A stretch of DNA of 63,679 bases, counting the filler, from Phoronis australis (lineage: Eukaryota; Animalia; Phoronida), in assembly GCA_002633005.1 (NCBI GenBank). It is 10 parts of 10 records of this genome, joined end to end, with 100 filler letters (N's around TTAATTAATTAA, not from the genome) between each part and the next. Parts side by side here need not be neighbours in the genome. Positions count along the whole stretch, not along the records: positions 8,248 to 19,161 come from NMRA01001727.1; positions 19,262 to 22,937 come from NMRA01002901.1; positions 23,038 to 30,277 come from NMRA01002049.1; 7 more parts are not named here. The stretch is one strand, 5' to 3'. How positions within the stretch are numbered: position 1 is the stretch's first letter; every line of letters begins with the position of its first letter. The position numbers were made by a program, and so were the translations under genes. Under the pieces are notes generated by a model. It searched no databases and was not told the origin of the DNA. It saw only the letters and a list, made by a program, of their open reading frames with translations. Shown piece after piece: positions 13,811-26,242 of the stretch.

Positions 13811-14104
13811 GGTGAAGCTCCTATGGACGATTCATACACCGTAACCTTTTTGGCAAATTATACCTCACACTGATTAAAACGTTAAAGCCACATTGAACCC
13901 TTTGCGCATAGAGGGACACTGGCACGTGCAGTGTTAGAAATAGTTGGTTGCTGATTTGGGCAACTGAACAGAGCCAGAGGACTGCTAAAAAGTTTGATGT
14001 GCGCAAATTGGAACTTATAATCAACATGACTTTGATGTTTTAATCAGTGAGGCTAAATTTGCTGAAAATCTTTTGGTGTATGAAGCACCTATAGGAGCTT
14101 CACC
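13811..14104. mobile_element. Foldback MITE; related fragments at ~41735-41920 and ~61160-61240
   Basis: ggtgaagctcctat...ttcatacacc...cactgattaaaac pairs with gttttaatcagtg...ggtgtatgaa...ataggagcttcacc. Confidence 0.7.
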
Positions 14105-14570
14105 GTACTGATGGTCAGCACTGTCTATTGTTGGCCGCTGTGTTCATATTGGTAATAATTGCTCTTGGACTTGTTCTGCATGGTTCAGATTTTATTTCCA
14201 GTTCAAGGAACTCGTTTGACTCCGCAATTACTACAGTTGGCGTAGTCAGTGTACGGATTTCATCCTTTGTGGAGGGGATAGTGTTATAAAAGTCGTCTAA
14301 GTTGGCTGTAGTGTGTTCAGGTAAAAATTGAGTAGATGGGTCCCCAAAGGACAGAAAACTGGTCCGTGGTTACCATTTTGAAGAGGAACTTGTCTATTTG
14401 ACTTTTACCCAGTGTTCATAGGATCCTGTCTATTCAACTTATACCTGGTGTTTATAAGGTTATAATTTTTAATGTACTAGTATGGCATGATAGGTTGACC
14501 TTTTAGGCAATTGGAAATGTTGCTGATGTATAACTTGTTTTAATAGTGGTTCTGTTGATCATTTCTCCAG

Positions 14571-14777
14571 ATTTCTCCATGATAGACTTCAGTCAGATCC
14601 ATGTTCCTGGTGCCTCCACCTCACAACAGATGGCACCACCTGAGGCCTCTCCTGGAGAAAGGATGCCCGATGATCCTGCAGTAATTCGTGAGATGTTGCT
14701 AAAACACCCTGAACAGGTGTCTCTATTAACAGAGAGGAACCCACCATTGGCAAATGCCTTGTTGAGTGGAAGTCTTG
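14571..14777 (+). CDS. DDI1: DDI1, exon 2
   Basis: DFSMIDFSQIHVP...DDPAVIREMLLKHPEQVSLLTERNPPLANALLSGSL; ccag acceptor, gtgagc donor. Confidence 0.9.
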
Positions 14778-14940
14778 GTGAGCTGGGACTTTGGTGTCCT
14801 TTTGGTGAAAATCTACATTATGTTCTGGCGAGTGATGTGAGATGGAATTGACATTTGTTTTTTGGCCAAAATATGAGTACAAATTTTAAAATCAGCGCAT
14901 ATGTAAACAATGGCATATTGATCAACGTTTTGGTTTATTG

Positions 14941-15206
14941 TGTCTAATTAAAGTTAATAAAAAGTATGTTATAACAGGGCTTAGCGCTTAATTGAGTCTA
15001 ATTAAAGTGAATAAAAAGTATGTTATAACAGGGCTTAGCGCTTAATTGTGTCTAATTAAAGTGAATAAAAAGTATGTTATAACAGGGCTTAGCGCTTAAT
15101 TGTGTCTAATTAAAGTGAATAAAAAGTATGTTATAACAGGGCTTAGCGCTTAATTGTGTCTAATTAAAGTGAATAAAAAGTATGTTATAACAAGGCTTAG
15201 CGCTTA
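14941..15206. repeat. 54-bp minisatellite, ~5 copies
   Basis: Unit tgtctaattaaagtgaataaaaagtatgttataacagggcttagcgcttaattg. Confidence 0.95.
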
Positions 15207-15827
15207 ACGTAACATCATCTAGCCAAATACAGACTGGCAAAATTCTCAGGTCACCAAATGAGAACTGAGGTCGCCAAACTTTGTTGGTAAAAGCAAAATA
15301 TGAAATAAATGAGATAACCTGAAATACCTCCAATTTACTGAAGAAGAATTTGAGTTCAATTTCATACCGCTAATTTGTCTAAATCTAGATTCTGTGATAG
15401 AAGGCTGGGTTATAGCCACCTAAGTTAACCTTTTAACATTTTTTAATTATTGTAACAGGTGAAGTTCAGTCATTTGTCAGGAGTTTATCACCAACAAAGG
15501 CACACGGTTACATACTTGTCCACTGTGTTGCTAGGTTACGGGTGTCGTACCATAATTCAATTTCATTCTGTGTCAGTAAGCAGCAGCTGCCCTCCTACAA
15601 TTAATGGGCCTAGGCAACTATTTTATGCAACAATCAGGTATGCTGTAGTAGTTAGCAATGCCGTCATGCACAACTCTTTCATGTAGGCTGCAGTTTTGAA
15701 ATGATTTCCATTAGCTGGAAAATCAATTTCCAAGATGAAACATACTCAGTCTACTGAGATCATTACTTCTTATTCTGAAAGCCACACCCTTGAAATCAAA
15801 GCATGCAGATTTGCTGACGCTTTTCAG

Positions 15828-15954
15828 AAAAATTTACTGAGGTCTTGGAGCAACAGAAAGCAGAGAGAGTTGAGAGGGAGCGCGAGCGAATAGCAATGTT
15901 GAATGCTGACCCGTGTGATGCTGAAGTGCAGAAAAAGATTGCTGAACAGATCAG
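15828..15954 (+). CDS. DDI1: DDI1, exon 3
   Basis: EKFTEVLEQQKAERVERERERIAMLNADPCDAEVQKKIAEQIR; tttcag acceptor, gtatta donor, phases consistent. Confidence 0.9.
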
Positions 15955-16277
15955 GTATTAACGGTTATTGAGACATCTGTTTGTTTCTGTTGGCATACTA
16001 TACAAACTGCGCTCACAGGAATCTTGAATCAATTCTGAGTTTGCCTAGTTGATAAAGTCACAAATTAAATCTAAAATGTATGCTTTCATTCATCACGTGT
16101 TGCCGCCTCACTTTCAAACATTGTTCTGATCAAAGTTATTTGTAATGGGCTCAAGATTCTTCAGGAATTGGTACCCAAAGTTTATCACTCGACTAGTAGT
16201 CAGAAATTGTGCGTCAACAAGCATGCAGAAACAGTGATTCAAAACTGCTATCCAACTTGATCTTAATGTACTTGTAG

Positions 16278-16405
16278 ACTGCAGAATGTTGAACAGAACA
16301 TGGCCACAGCGATGGAGTATGTACCAGAAAGTTTCGGTCAAGTAGTCATGCTCTACATCGACTGTCTAGTCAATGGTCATCATGTAAAGGCATTTGTCGA
16401 CTCCG
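16278..16405 (+). CDS. DDI1: DDI1, exon 4 (start of retroviral-like aspartyl protease domain)
   Basis: [43 protein letters not shown]; contains the catalytic DSG motif. Confidence 0.93.
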
Positions 16406-16973
16406 GTTTGTAGCTGTCCTAGAGTAGCCCCTCCTGGTGTGCGTTAAACAAACTAAAGTAGATTAGTATTTTCTCATCTTACGTTTTCTTGGAAAAAGAA
16501 CCATGTGCTGTAATTATGCAAGGCTCACCTGCATTTTTTGCTGGATACTTGACCAGTTATTTGTGCTGCTTCTGTTATTTTTGAATGTTCACTATGCTCA
16601 TTATTGGAAGGCAGTATGTGTGTATTGTCCCACCTACTTCTGTTACTCACTGCTCTCTTACGTGTATCTTAGAAGTTAACATGTGTCTTTGTGACTTTAC
16701 ATCTTGGTAGTTAGTGTGTCTTTGTGGCTGTTCATATGGGAGTCTTGCTTTTATTGAACCGTTCCCTCTCATTTCCTGCATTTGAAAAAGTGAGCCAGTC
16801 AAAATTTTATAGTTTTTTCTTTTTGTAGTCAAGACAAGTGACTATGTTCATTCTGTATCTGGTTCATAAAGGGATATTAATTGTAAATGTAATCAGAAAT
16901 AGGAACAGGGACAACAAACTGGATAATATTGTAGGAACAGTGATTGCTATAGTTAGTTTTAACTCTTCTGTAG

Positions 16974-17102
16974 GTGCCCAGATGACCATCATGAGCCAGG
17001 CCTGTGCTGAGAGGTGTAACATTATGAGACTCGTAGACACAAGGTGGGCTGGAGTAGCTAAAGGTGTGGGCACTCAAAAGATTATTGGAAGAGTCCATTT
17101 AG
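16974..17102 (+). CDS. DDI1: DDI1, exon 5
   Basis: [43 protein letters not shown]; tgtag acceptor, gtgagt donor. Confidence 0.95.
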
Positions 17103-17127
17103 GTGAGTCAGCTGGAGAGTGTGTAGT

Positions 17128-17468
17128 CTAGAGGTCAGGTTGGGCTAAGTTTTGTGCATCAGTAACACCTAGTGGTCATGATGGGACTAACTATGACTTA
17201 GCAGCGACACCTGGAGGTCATGTTGAGGCTAATTGTGATGTACCAGTGAAACCTAGAGGTCATGTTGGGGCTAATTGTGATGCAGCATCGACACCTAGAG
17301 GTCATGTTGGGGGCTAATTGTGATGTAGCAGCGACACCTAGAGGTCATGTTGAGGGCTAATTGTGATGTAGCAGCGACATCTAGAGGTCATGTTGAGGGC
17401 TAATTGTGATGCAGCATCGACACCTACAGGTCATGTTGGGGGCTAATTGTGATGTAGCAGCGACACCT
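17128..17468. repeat. ~43-bp minisatellite, ~7 copies
   Basis: Unit acacctagaggtcatgttgggggctaattgtgatgtagcagcg. Confidence 0.9.
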
Positions 17469-17815
17469 CCTCACCAGTTTTTACTGCCTGAAAGAGATGT
17501 CATAGCTTGTCATGTGTCAATTTGATGAAATCAATAGTTTTCTGCTATGGATACTTCTCTCCATATCCTGAATGTTTGAGAGAGATTCATGGCATATTTT
17601 TGGAGATGTTCTTTAATTATTTCTTGAAAACAAGATTGCATGTCCAGTCAAGTATCAACTGCTCAAAGATCTTGAAATCTTTAGGGAAAACAACATAATA
17701 AACTGCACTTTCCAACTATGACTGAGTATTTGATTTTGCATTCCCTTTCACTTTATATGTTGAGTATGTAAACTGGCTATATACACCTCTTAGTAAGTGA
17801 TTGTGGTATTTCCAG

Positions 17816-17919
17816 GTCAGATACAGATTGGTAATGATTACCTGCAGTCTTCATTCTCCATACTTGAAGAACAACCCATGGACATGTTGCTAGGCTTGGA
17901 CATGCTAAAAAGACACCAG
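17816..17919 (+). CDS. DDI1: DDI1, exon 6 (remaining exons missing at contig end)
   Basis: [35 protein letters not shown]; tccag acceptor, gtatgt donor. Confidence 0.93.
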
Positions 17920-18173
17920 GTATGTTGGTAAAAGGGTAATTTTTTAAGGTGACATTGTACAAACTTTCAAAAAATGTTATAGAACTTCAGACTAAGAGAA
18001 AACAAGTATGAGATGGTATATTGATTCGCTGAGAAGTAAGCTAATAATCACTTATGTGATTTTGAACCTCAATATTTGATCTGATGGTTTATTTGTAAGT
18101 TAATAATAGAAGTCGAATGAAAAATTCCATGGTCATATTTGACCTGTTGACCTGTAGCAAGGATGTCAACGAA

Positions 18174-18955
18174 ATGAACATGTACACTCCTGTTAAATGC
18201 ATGATAACATGAACATGTGCACTCCTGTTCAATACACGAATCTATGAACATGGCTTGTACTTTTGTTCAATACATGAATCTATGAACATGTGTACTCCTG
18301 TTCAATACATGAAGCTATGAACATNAGAAGTCGAATGAAAAATTCCATGGTCATATTTGACCTGTTGACCTGTAGCAAGGATGTCAACGAAATGAACATG
18401 TGCACTCCTGTTCAATACACGAATGTATGAACATGGCTTGTACTTTTGTTTAATACATGAATCTATGAACATGTGTACTCCTGTTCAATACATGAAGCTA
18501 TGAACATGTGCACTCCTGTTCAATACATGAATCTATGAACATGTGCACTCCTGTTCAATACAAGAATCTATGAACATGTGTACTCCTGTTCAATACACGA
18601 ATCTATGAACATTGTGTACTTTTGTTCAATACATGAATATATGAACATGTATACTCCTGTTCAATACATGAATCTATGAACATGTGTACTCCTGTTCAAT
18701 ACATGAAGCTATGAACAAAATGTACTCCTGTTCAATACATGAAGCTATGACCATGTGCACTCCTGTGCAATACATGAATCTATGTCCAAACTGTACTCCT
18801 GTTCAATACATGAAGCTTTGAACATGTGCACTCCTGTTCAATACATGAATCTATGAACAAACTGTACTCCTGTTCAATACATGAATCTATGAACTAACTG
18901 TACTCCTGTTCAATACATGAATCTATGAACATGTGCACTCCTGTTCATTACATGA
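18174..18955. repeat. 35-bp minisatellite, ~20 copies (includes an n-joined overlap at 18325)
   Basis: Unit atgaacatgtgtactcctgttcaatacatgaatct. Confidence 0.93.
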
Positions 18956-21390
18956 TAGTATAAACATGTACATTCATGGTCACTGCATGATAACAGTCGT
19001 GGTGAACTTAAAGTAACCTCATGGTGGAGATAATAGAACTTTTGATGAATGACTGAAACAGCATTATGGCCAGCAAACACAATATTATTTCTATTTTATA
19101 TTCTAGTTGGTGTGTAATAGTTGTTATTTCTTAGATCACTGTCTAGCCAACTGTTGATTTCNNNNNNNNNNNNNNNNNNNNNNNNNNNNNNNNNNNNNNN
19201 NNNNNTTAATTAATTAANNNNNNNNNNNNNNNNNNNNNNNNNNNNNNNNNNNNNNNNNNNNATGACTATTTCAGATGGTTATTTATAAAATAAGGTTACC
19301 TTTTCTCATAGTATCACAAGAATAGTATTTCTTTTGAAGATCGCTACTAGGAGTTGTTTGTAAGGAATTGGCTCATGTCGAAAAGACTGTCGGGGCTACG
19401 ATATGTAATGACGTGGGTACTCAAAGTACTCGCCATCAGAAACAAAGATTTCAGCTTTTTGGAGTTCAAGTTTAACTTGTGAACCGTTGAACATGTAGGT
19501 ACCTCTGAAATGAGTAAAAATACAACCTCGGTCTCCTTTTCATCTCTGGTAACGAGCTTGCGACGCACGTATCATTTATCTTTATTCGGGACATACGTCG
19601 ATCATAAATGGTATTTCACTCGTTAAATATATTTATGTGAGCATATGGACTCGTCTTACTCCTTTTCCCCTTCATCTCGGTCTATTCCATTATTCCTTTG
19701 TGTAGGACTACACGTCGTTTTCCCAGCCTTCGCAGTGGTCTGCTGTTATCACGTGCCTCGAGTTTGGTCAGCTCTTGGCTCTTATAGGCTGACGATTGTC
19801 ACGTGTCTTTAGGGGCGTTTTTTCTTTGTTATTGTAACCTCTCTTTCAGTTCACCTTGTTCCGGCCACATTGTCGTACGTCAAAACTCATTCAATTTTCC
19901 CACCCTCTTCCTCCCAGTTTTCGTCATTCTCTCGTACTTCCACGTGGCCGGCGCTTTTTATTGCCCATCTTACCAGAGATTACCTATTATACGTTATTTA
20001 CCTGTATTCGTTATATTGTAATTGTTTTAGTCATAATAAATGACCTTATATCGCCTACCTCGGTCTCCTTTTTATCTCTGCTTGCGACGCACATATCATT
20101 TATCTTTATTCGGGACATATGTCGATCATAAATACCCCTTAATACGAATGCCCCATCTCCCATGTTCCCCCGGTTACCCGTCTAAAATCTGCGAGCATGC
20201 CTGCGGAAATTGCTTATAGCATTCCGTTTAGATAAACAAATTCGTTGGTTTCTGATTTACATTTTTATGTATCTACGAACTTGCATCTACGAATATCGAC
20301 AGATTGATTATTTTTGGCAATTAAAAGCTATTCTTGTACAAATTGATGATGTTTCAGTGAATTTAGTTGCAGCCTGAAGTTGGAAAAACTATAATCCGGT
20401 CTCCATATACAGTACACTTTGGCGATTTTTGGTTATCTAAAATATCTCTCAAAGACATTGATGAAATTCAGACAGTTCCCAAAAATATGCTCACAATTCA
20501 AATGATAATAAATGCATTGCTTTTTGAATAAGGTACGAGATTTGTCGATTTAACTCACAAACAGGAGATCAAAATCAAGGTAAACCCATTGCTCATGAAA
20601 TCGATTGTTGGCTTCTGATTTACACGTTTATGTATGTACGAAAATTGATAGATGATTTTTTGACAATTAGAAGCTAATCTTGTAAGAAATGGCGATACTT
20701 TACTAAACTTAATTGCAAGCTGACATTAGGAAATTTCGATCTATAGCAAAGTACACTGAACGATTTTCTAAAATAAGTCTCAAGGATACTGATGAATGTC
20801 GGACAGCTCTACAAAGTGTACCAAAATCATTCTCACAATTCAAATCGGCAATAAATCATTTATTGATCTAGGTCTAGATTAGTGGTTTAAATTCACAAAC
20901 CGTAGATCGAAAAAGAAGCTTAAGTCCTTAAATAAAAAAATTAAACTCATTGCTTATTAACTTGGAAAGGTTGTCTTTGCACTTGCTTGATTGATGTGTT
21001 TAGTGTCCAGTAGTATTGCGCAATGAACTTTTGTTCTTAAAAATTGAATCGTTGGCTTGCCTTTCCCGTGCATATTACATAGACAGAGCGCGTCATGACT
21101 GACACACCCACGATAAAAATAAGATGTTACTGTGCAGTAGGACCGCACAGAATCTGAGTGTTCAACGGGATCTGAACTCCAATCATTGAAGTGTGTACAT
21201 TTTTGGGATGCACTCTGTATCATTTTCTCCAGCTACCATAAATTGGACCAGCGGCCGTGTTTCACGAAGGGATTTTGAAACAGTCCCAAAGGCACTATAC
21301 CACGAACCTCGGGACTTCACCTTTTCAAAGAATGACCATAATAAAACGAAATCTTCACTAAGCTGGATCCGTCACTGACATAATCTTGGC

Positions 21391-21391
<1 letters not shown>

Positions 21392-21441
<50 letters not shown>

Positions 21442-21465
21442 TACTTATCACTTACTTACTTACTT
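21392..21465. repeat. (TTAC)n microsatellite
   Basis: Directly visible tetranucleotide run. Confidence 0.95.
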
Positions 21466-22710
21466 GCCAATGCAGACGAATAGATACGAGCCGCAAGTTG
21501 CTTGGTTCATCGAATTTCGTATTTTCACATTGTTAGACCTCAGCTACAGTTACTTGAAGCAACTCACATCTACCCGTCAGTGCGCTGGCCCTAGGTCCAT
21601 TCTTACTCTCCGTGAAACTTTGTTGGTTCACGGGTTACTCAAATGCTGATGGATGCTACCCCCGCCTATGGANGCGACAATGTGTGTTTAGTGATAAATT
21701 ATTCTCGGCTCTAGGAATTTCTGTGCACTCGCCTTTTTGCTATGCCCAACTTGCTGAGCTCAATGCACTACATTTTGCACTAAGTTAAATGAGACATTAC
21801 TCAACAATCCACGTCTTACTCTGCAATATAGTTCGTCACGTGTTCAAGCATAATTGATTCCCATAAATAATTATGAACATGTTTTTCCTCAGCCTTTCTG
21901 CGTCGCTTAGGCGCTGTTTTTGTGCTATAGGGCAGTGCACTTTGTTATAAAGAAATGATTTATTTTTAATTTTGGTTTAGATATCCTGTACACGTAATGT
22001 TTGTAAAATGGACAGGGGTCCTGTAACATGAAGTAAATGTATTACTCGAACAGCCTCAACTGAGGAGGGGGACAAGTTTGTTGAACCTTCTAAATTTGCG
22101 TGCATTGGCCCTGGATTCGTACCAAGTGCATATTCGAATGTAGGGAAGTAGTTTCGCCGTATTTCTTCAAATTTATCTTTTTTCTCGCAGCTCAGTGTTA
22201 TGTATTCAGTTCAATCCTTTAATTCGATTTCCAAAACACAAAACCGAAAATTGAATTCTGAGTGCAACTCAGAATCTCAATTTTAGTTTTTGGTAATAAT
22301 TGAATTTTGCAATAAAATCAGATTTCCAAGTTGCGTTTTGCATACGTACTGTGATTAGCGAGCAAGTAGTAGTTTTATGTTCGGCATATGTCCCAAACTC
22401 TGTTTCCGTTAAAGAAAAAGAGAACGAAAGTTGGCTTAAATTACTAACTAAAAGTACAATGCAATAATAATAATAATAATATAAATAAATAATTATGTAT
22501 ATACATATATAATATATGTAAAGATGAGCAATAAAAACGGTAACAAGGTCAACTGTAGAGAGATAATAGGTGAGTAATAATGTATTGCCATCACCTTCAA
22601 ATTTTACAAGATTGTCTGCAAAAGCTCGACAGAATGAATCGTGGTAATCAGCAACAAATATCAAAACATAAACGAAAAAAGTTCGTATCATACTGGTCAT
22701 GAAACTAGGC

Positions 22711-22935
22711 CTACTGAGCGAGGCAAACGCTCTCTTTTCGATGTCTAGAAATTAGAGAATTTACAGTAGCGCTGACGATGGCACTCAGCACCATGCCGCC
22801 GAATGCACCAATCAAAGATCCTAGGATACCCCCTATTATAGCCCCTAAGGGATTCGCTGTAACTACCCCGCCTATTATTGTTCCAGTAATGCAAGCTCCG
22901 CACTGTGCAAACGATTCTGTGATGCGTTTTACTAT
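22711..22935 (-). CDS. C-terminal part of a glycine-zipper/hydrophobic-hairpin protein, 5'-truncated by a spacer
   Basis: Open frame IVKRITESFAQCGACITGTIIGGVVTANPLGAIIGGILGSLIGAFGGMVLSAIVSATVNSLISRHRKESVCLAQ* with repeated GxxxG. The + strand Pro-rich ORF is its shadow. Confidence 0.6.
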   Translation of the reverse strand: MVKRITESFAQCGACITGTIIGGVVTANPLGAIIGGILGSLIGAFGGMVLSAIVSATVNSLISRHRKESVCLAQ

Positions 22936-23371
22936 GANNNNNNNNNNNNNNNNNNNNNNNNNNNNNNNNNNNNNNNNNNNNTTAATTAATTAANNNNNNN
23001 NNNNNNNNNNNNNNNNNNNNNNNNNNNNNNNNNNNNNCCTAGATCCGCCACTGCAGTCAACACCCACTTTTCGCCACATTTCTGTAATGTACTCGAGAAT
23101 TTTGGCAGTAGGCTCAACGCACTGTATCTCAGTTTGTAATAATCGCTTGCAAATGATGTCTTTAAGGTGAAAACTCTTGATTTGGTGTAGGCCTATTTTT
23201 GCTCGTTTTTAGTACCCTACTGCACCTCCGGTAGTTTTTTTAAAAACCTTAAAAGGTTGAAAAAATTGACTTTCACATCAGTTTCAACAGACTTTGTGCA
23301 AGGTTTTTGAAGTCGCTGGCCCAATAAACTGTTCATATTTTCGGGTTTGGTGCAACCTGTGGAACAGACTG

Positions 23372-25908
23372 CAGTGGCGGATCTACGTTTTCAGTGAGGG
23401 GGGCTTAGGATTCCCGAAAAGGTCGAATACGAGGCGCGTAACGCCGAGCGCGGGGAGGTCGGGAGGGGGATTTTCCCCTCCCGTGGTAAGATAATTTTTT
23501 TGTTTTTGTTGACAAATAGTGAAATTTCCATAATCCTGTTAAGTTTTTGGAGTTTTTCTTAAGATAATTTAAAACCCTTCTCAATTTTGTCACATGAACT
23601 TGGCTCATAAGATACGTGAACCCATACTTGTGCACCTCTGGGTATGAGTCACGCCACCAGCAAAAATTTTTGCTGGAACATCTGCTTACACATACCTTTT
23701 TAGCATACGAAAAGTCATATACGAAAAAGTGTGGTGCGTATAGAGGGGGTTGGACAACTACCAAATATTCAAGAGCATAAGGAGCACCGAGGGAGCGTAA
23801 AAACTTGAATATCAGATGATCGCGTAACAGCAGTCTTAAGTTGATTAAGAACGAAGACCTGTACTGTTAGTCCGGAAATAAACGTGTTCTGTCACGTTAC
23901 GAGAACAACTGGCGAATGATGGTGCTCTCAGCTCATAGTCTATTATTAAAAGCGACAATAAACAATTAAGTATCACTTTATTAAGCTGAATCACGTTGAC
24001 AACAATTGAAAGACGTCAAATGTATCAGGAAACAAATCCTCTGAAAACAGTTTCACGAAACCAAAACATTCTGTACACCGTGGTGAAAAGATATGCAGGA
24101 CCAGTTCGCAGGGGGACCTGGTGGTCAACTGTTGCGAAAGGTTGTCTAGGAAGGGTTTTCGCATCGTTCTGTAGTACTCAATAGAAGAAACAAGTATTGA
24201 GTATAAATTTAACTACGCACTACGTGAAATAGATTTTGGATATGAAGCAGATAGAGCCAAGTGGAAATACAAACCAGAATCAGTTTCTGTGCGCTCGTAG
24301 ACCCTTTGCTGTACTGGGTAAATTTGGCATGTCCATTTCGTTTTCATTGTACACAAGCAATAAAAAATCCGAAATTATTTACAAACTGTGTAGAATTATA
24401 ACTTATTACCTGGGTGTTTCTCCAGGAACGTTAGTCATATCCTTCTGTTGCCTAGACTGCCGAGAAATCTGTATTATTATCGGATCCAATGGTTTGCTCG
24501 TCTTGGAACCATTCTACCCAGACATCTTCGATGTTTGATCCCAACGCTTGCACTTCGTCAACTGCTCTGTCAATGAGCTTGTAAGCCTCTGCAATGTCAG
24601 CATCTCGTTTCGCAGCTCAGTTGGCACTAAGCCCCCTGAGGTTGCCAAGTCCATTCAAAAGACTTACATGCGCAACTAAATTTGATCCGTTCATCATGGA
24701 CTACTTCAAACCTTGACGATGTATCCCAGGACCTATTTGCATCTCTTGCAATTTTTGAAATAAACGTCCCAATGTCTGAACGCTTGAAACCCGAAGTACT
24801 AACATCAAATAAATGCCCATGGGCATGGGCGTTTCGTCGGGTGAGACTTTCTGCGGAAATTCCCAGTATAGAAGACGGCAGTGGTGCTTATTGCGGGTAG
24901 AAAGACGGTAGGTGTTGAGGTCGGAACTAAGGCTCCTTAGAAGGCCTATTGAACATCGCACGAGTCTCGCAAGACTTTGTTGTGAAAGTACAGCCTCGCG
25001 GCAATTTCTGGTGCTGTACACTGTTCGCGAATGCGGTCACTTTGTCAATGTGAGTGCCTCCTTGGTCATTCCTTGTATAGAGATAACTTGTTAGAGTGCA
25101 TCTTCAAACGGAATCGGACCACGGCGCCCGCCAAAATAGCAATTCTTCGGAAAACGAGTTTTTCCAAAAATATTACATGTACACTGTATGATATTGCGCA
25201 AGACAACTTTACTATACACCAGCTAAATTCGAATTACAAACGTGTGGAGTGTAATAGCATTACACGGCATGACAGATGAGGTAAAAACGTTGCACGTCAA
25301 TTCGCCTGAATATCAGGGTTGCGGCACCACAGTATTTTCCCTAATCAATCAAAACATATCTTAGAGTAAAGAAGCTAGTTACCTAAAGAAATCGGCTTTA
25401 GAGCTGCTCTTTCAGCGGTGGAGCCATCTAAAATGCTTGGCTACTTCAGAAGTGTCGACGGAAGCGCGCGCACAATTGATCTCCGCGCATTTTGCCGATG
25501 AGCAACGAAGAATCGAAATGCGTTGATTTTCAGATCAGTAATTCACAATGCAAAAAAATATATTTTCAGAGTGAACTCCTCCCCCCTCAATTTTTTCCAT
25601 GTTGGTTTACTTAGGGTTTACACACGCTGACGGTGCCGTTTGTGTTTTGCTGGAGACGNNNNNNNNNNNNNNNNNNNNNNNNNNNNNNNNNNNNNNNNNN
25701 NNNNNNNNNNNNNNNNNNNNNNNNNNNNNNNNNNNNNNNNNNNNNNNNNNNNNNNNNNNNNNNNNNNNNNNNNNNNNNNNNNNNNNNNNNNNNNNNNNNN
25801 NNNNNNNNNNNNNNNNNNNNNNNNNNNNNNNNNNNNNNNNNNNNNNNNNNNNNNNNNNNNNNNNNNNNNNNNNNNNNNNNNNACCCCCCCCCCGTAGATC
25901 CGCCACTG
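23372..25908 (-). mobile_element. hAT-like DNA transposon (~2.5 kb) with decayed transposase and 5-bp TSD
   Basis: Perfect 16-bp TIR cagtggcggatctacg; GACTG on both flanks. Minus-strand broken frames at ~24380-24860 (LRGLSAN*..DADIAEAYKLIDRAVDEVQAL..WVEWF; ISRQSRQQKDMTNVPGETP) resemble hAT transposases. Confidence 0.7.
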
Positions 25909-26125
25909 GACTGTTGGAGCTGCCAAGACCTGTTTTCTTAAATCTTTAATCCAAAAATTGTCGTGCCTGCAGCCATATATCATTCCGAAGATGTATCGCG
26001 GCAAGTGCAAGGATCACGTGATAACATTTTTGGAACGCAGCCCAAAGTGATAGTGAATGACCTAGTAAATCGCCCTACCTAGCTCAGCCGGTAGTTCCTT
26101 GTTCCAGCACGTTGCTTTACCGGAG

Positions 26126-26242
26126 ATGAGCACATACGAGTCTTACGACTGCGTATGTAGTTCCTACGACAAAGGGCGCGTGCCTGCGGGCATGGAACTT
26201 TATCGAAGCTTCCTGTCAACGCTCTCACAACCATTAGATCAG
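26126..26242 (+). CDS. Class I SAM-dependent methyltransferase, probable exon 1
   Basis: MSTYESYDCVCSSYDKGRVPAGMELYRSFLSTLSQPLDQ; phase-0 donor cag|gtgtgt joins in frame directly ahead of motif I. Confidence 0.65.

Noticed and set aside
16278-17919. Retroviral/LTR protease
   Set aside because: It is the intron-split, UBL-linked cellular DDI1 protease domain.
14941-18955. Minisatellites (also 59133-59458, 35098-35365) as CRISPR-like arrays
   Set aside because: Units are contiguous with no unique spacers, there are no cas genes, and the context is eukaryotic introns.
25599-26010. Long ORFs made of X residues (also 40295-40769)
   Set aside because: They are open only because they cross N-gaps.
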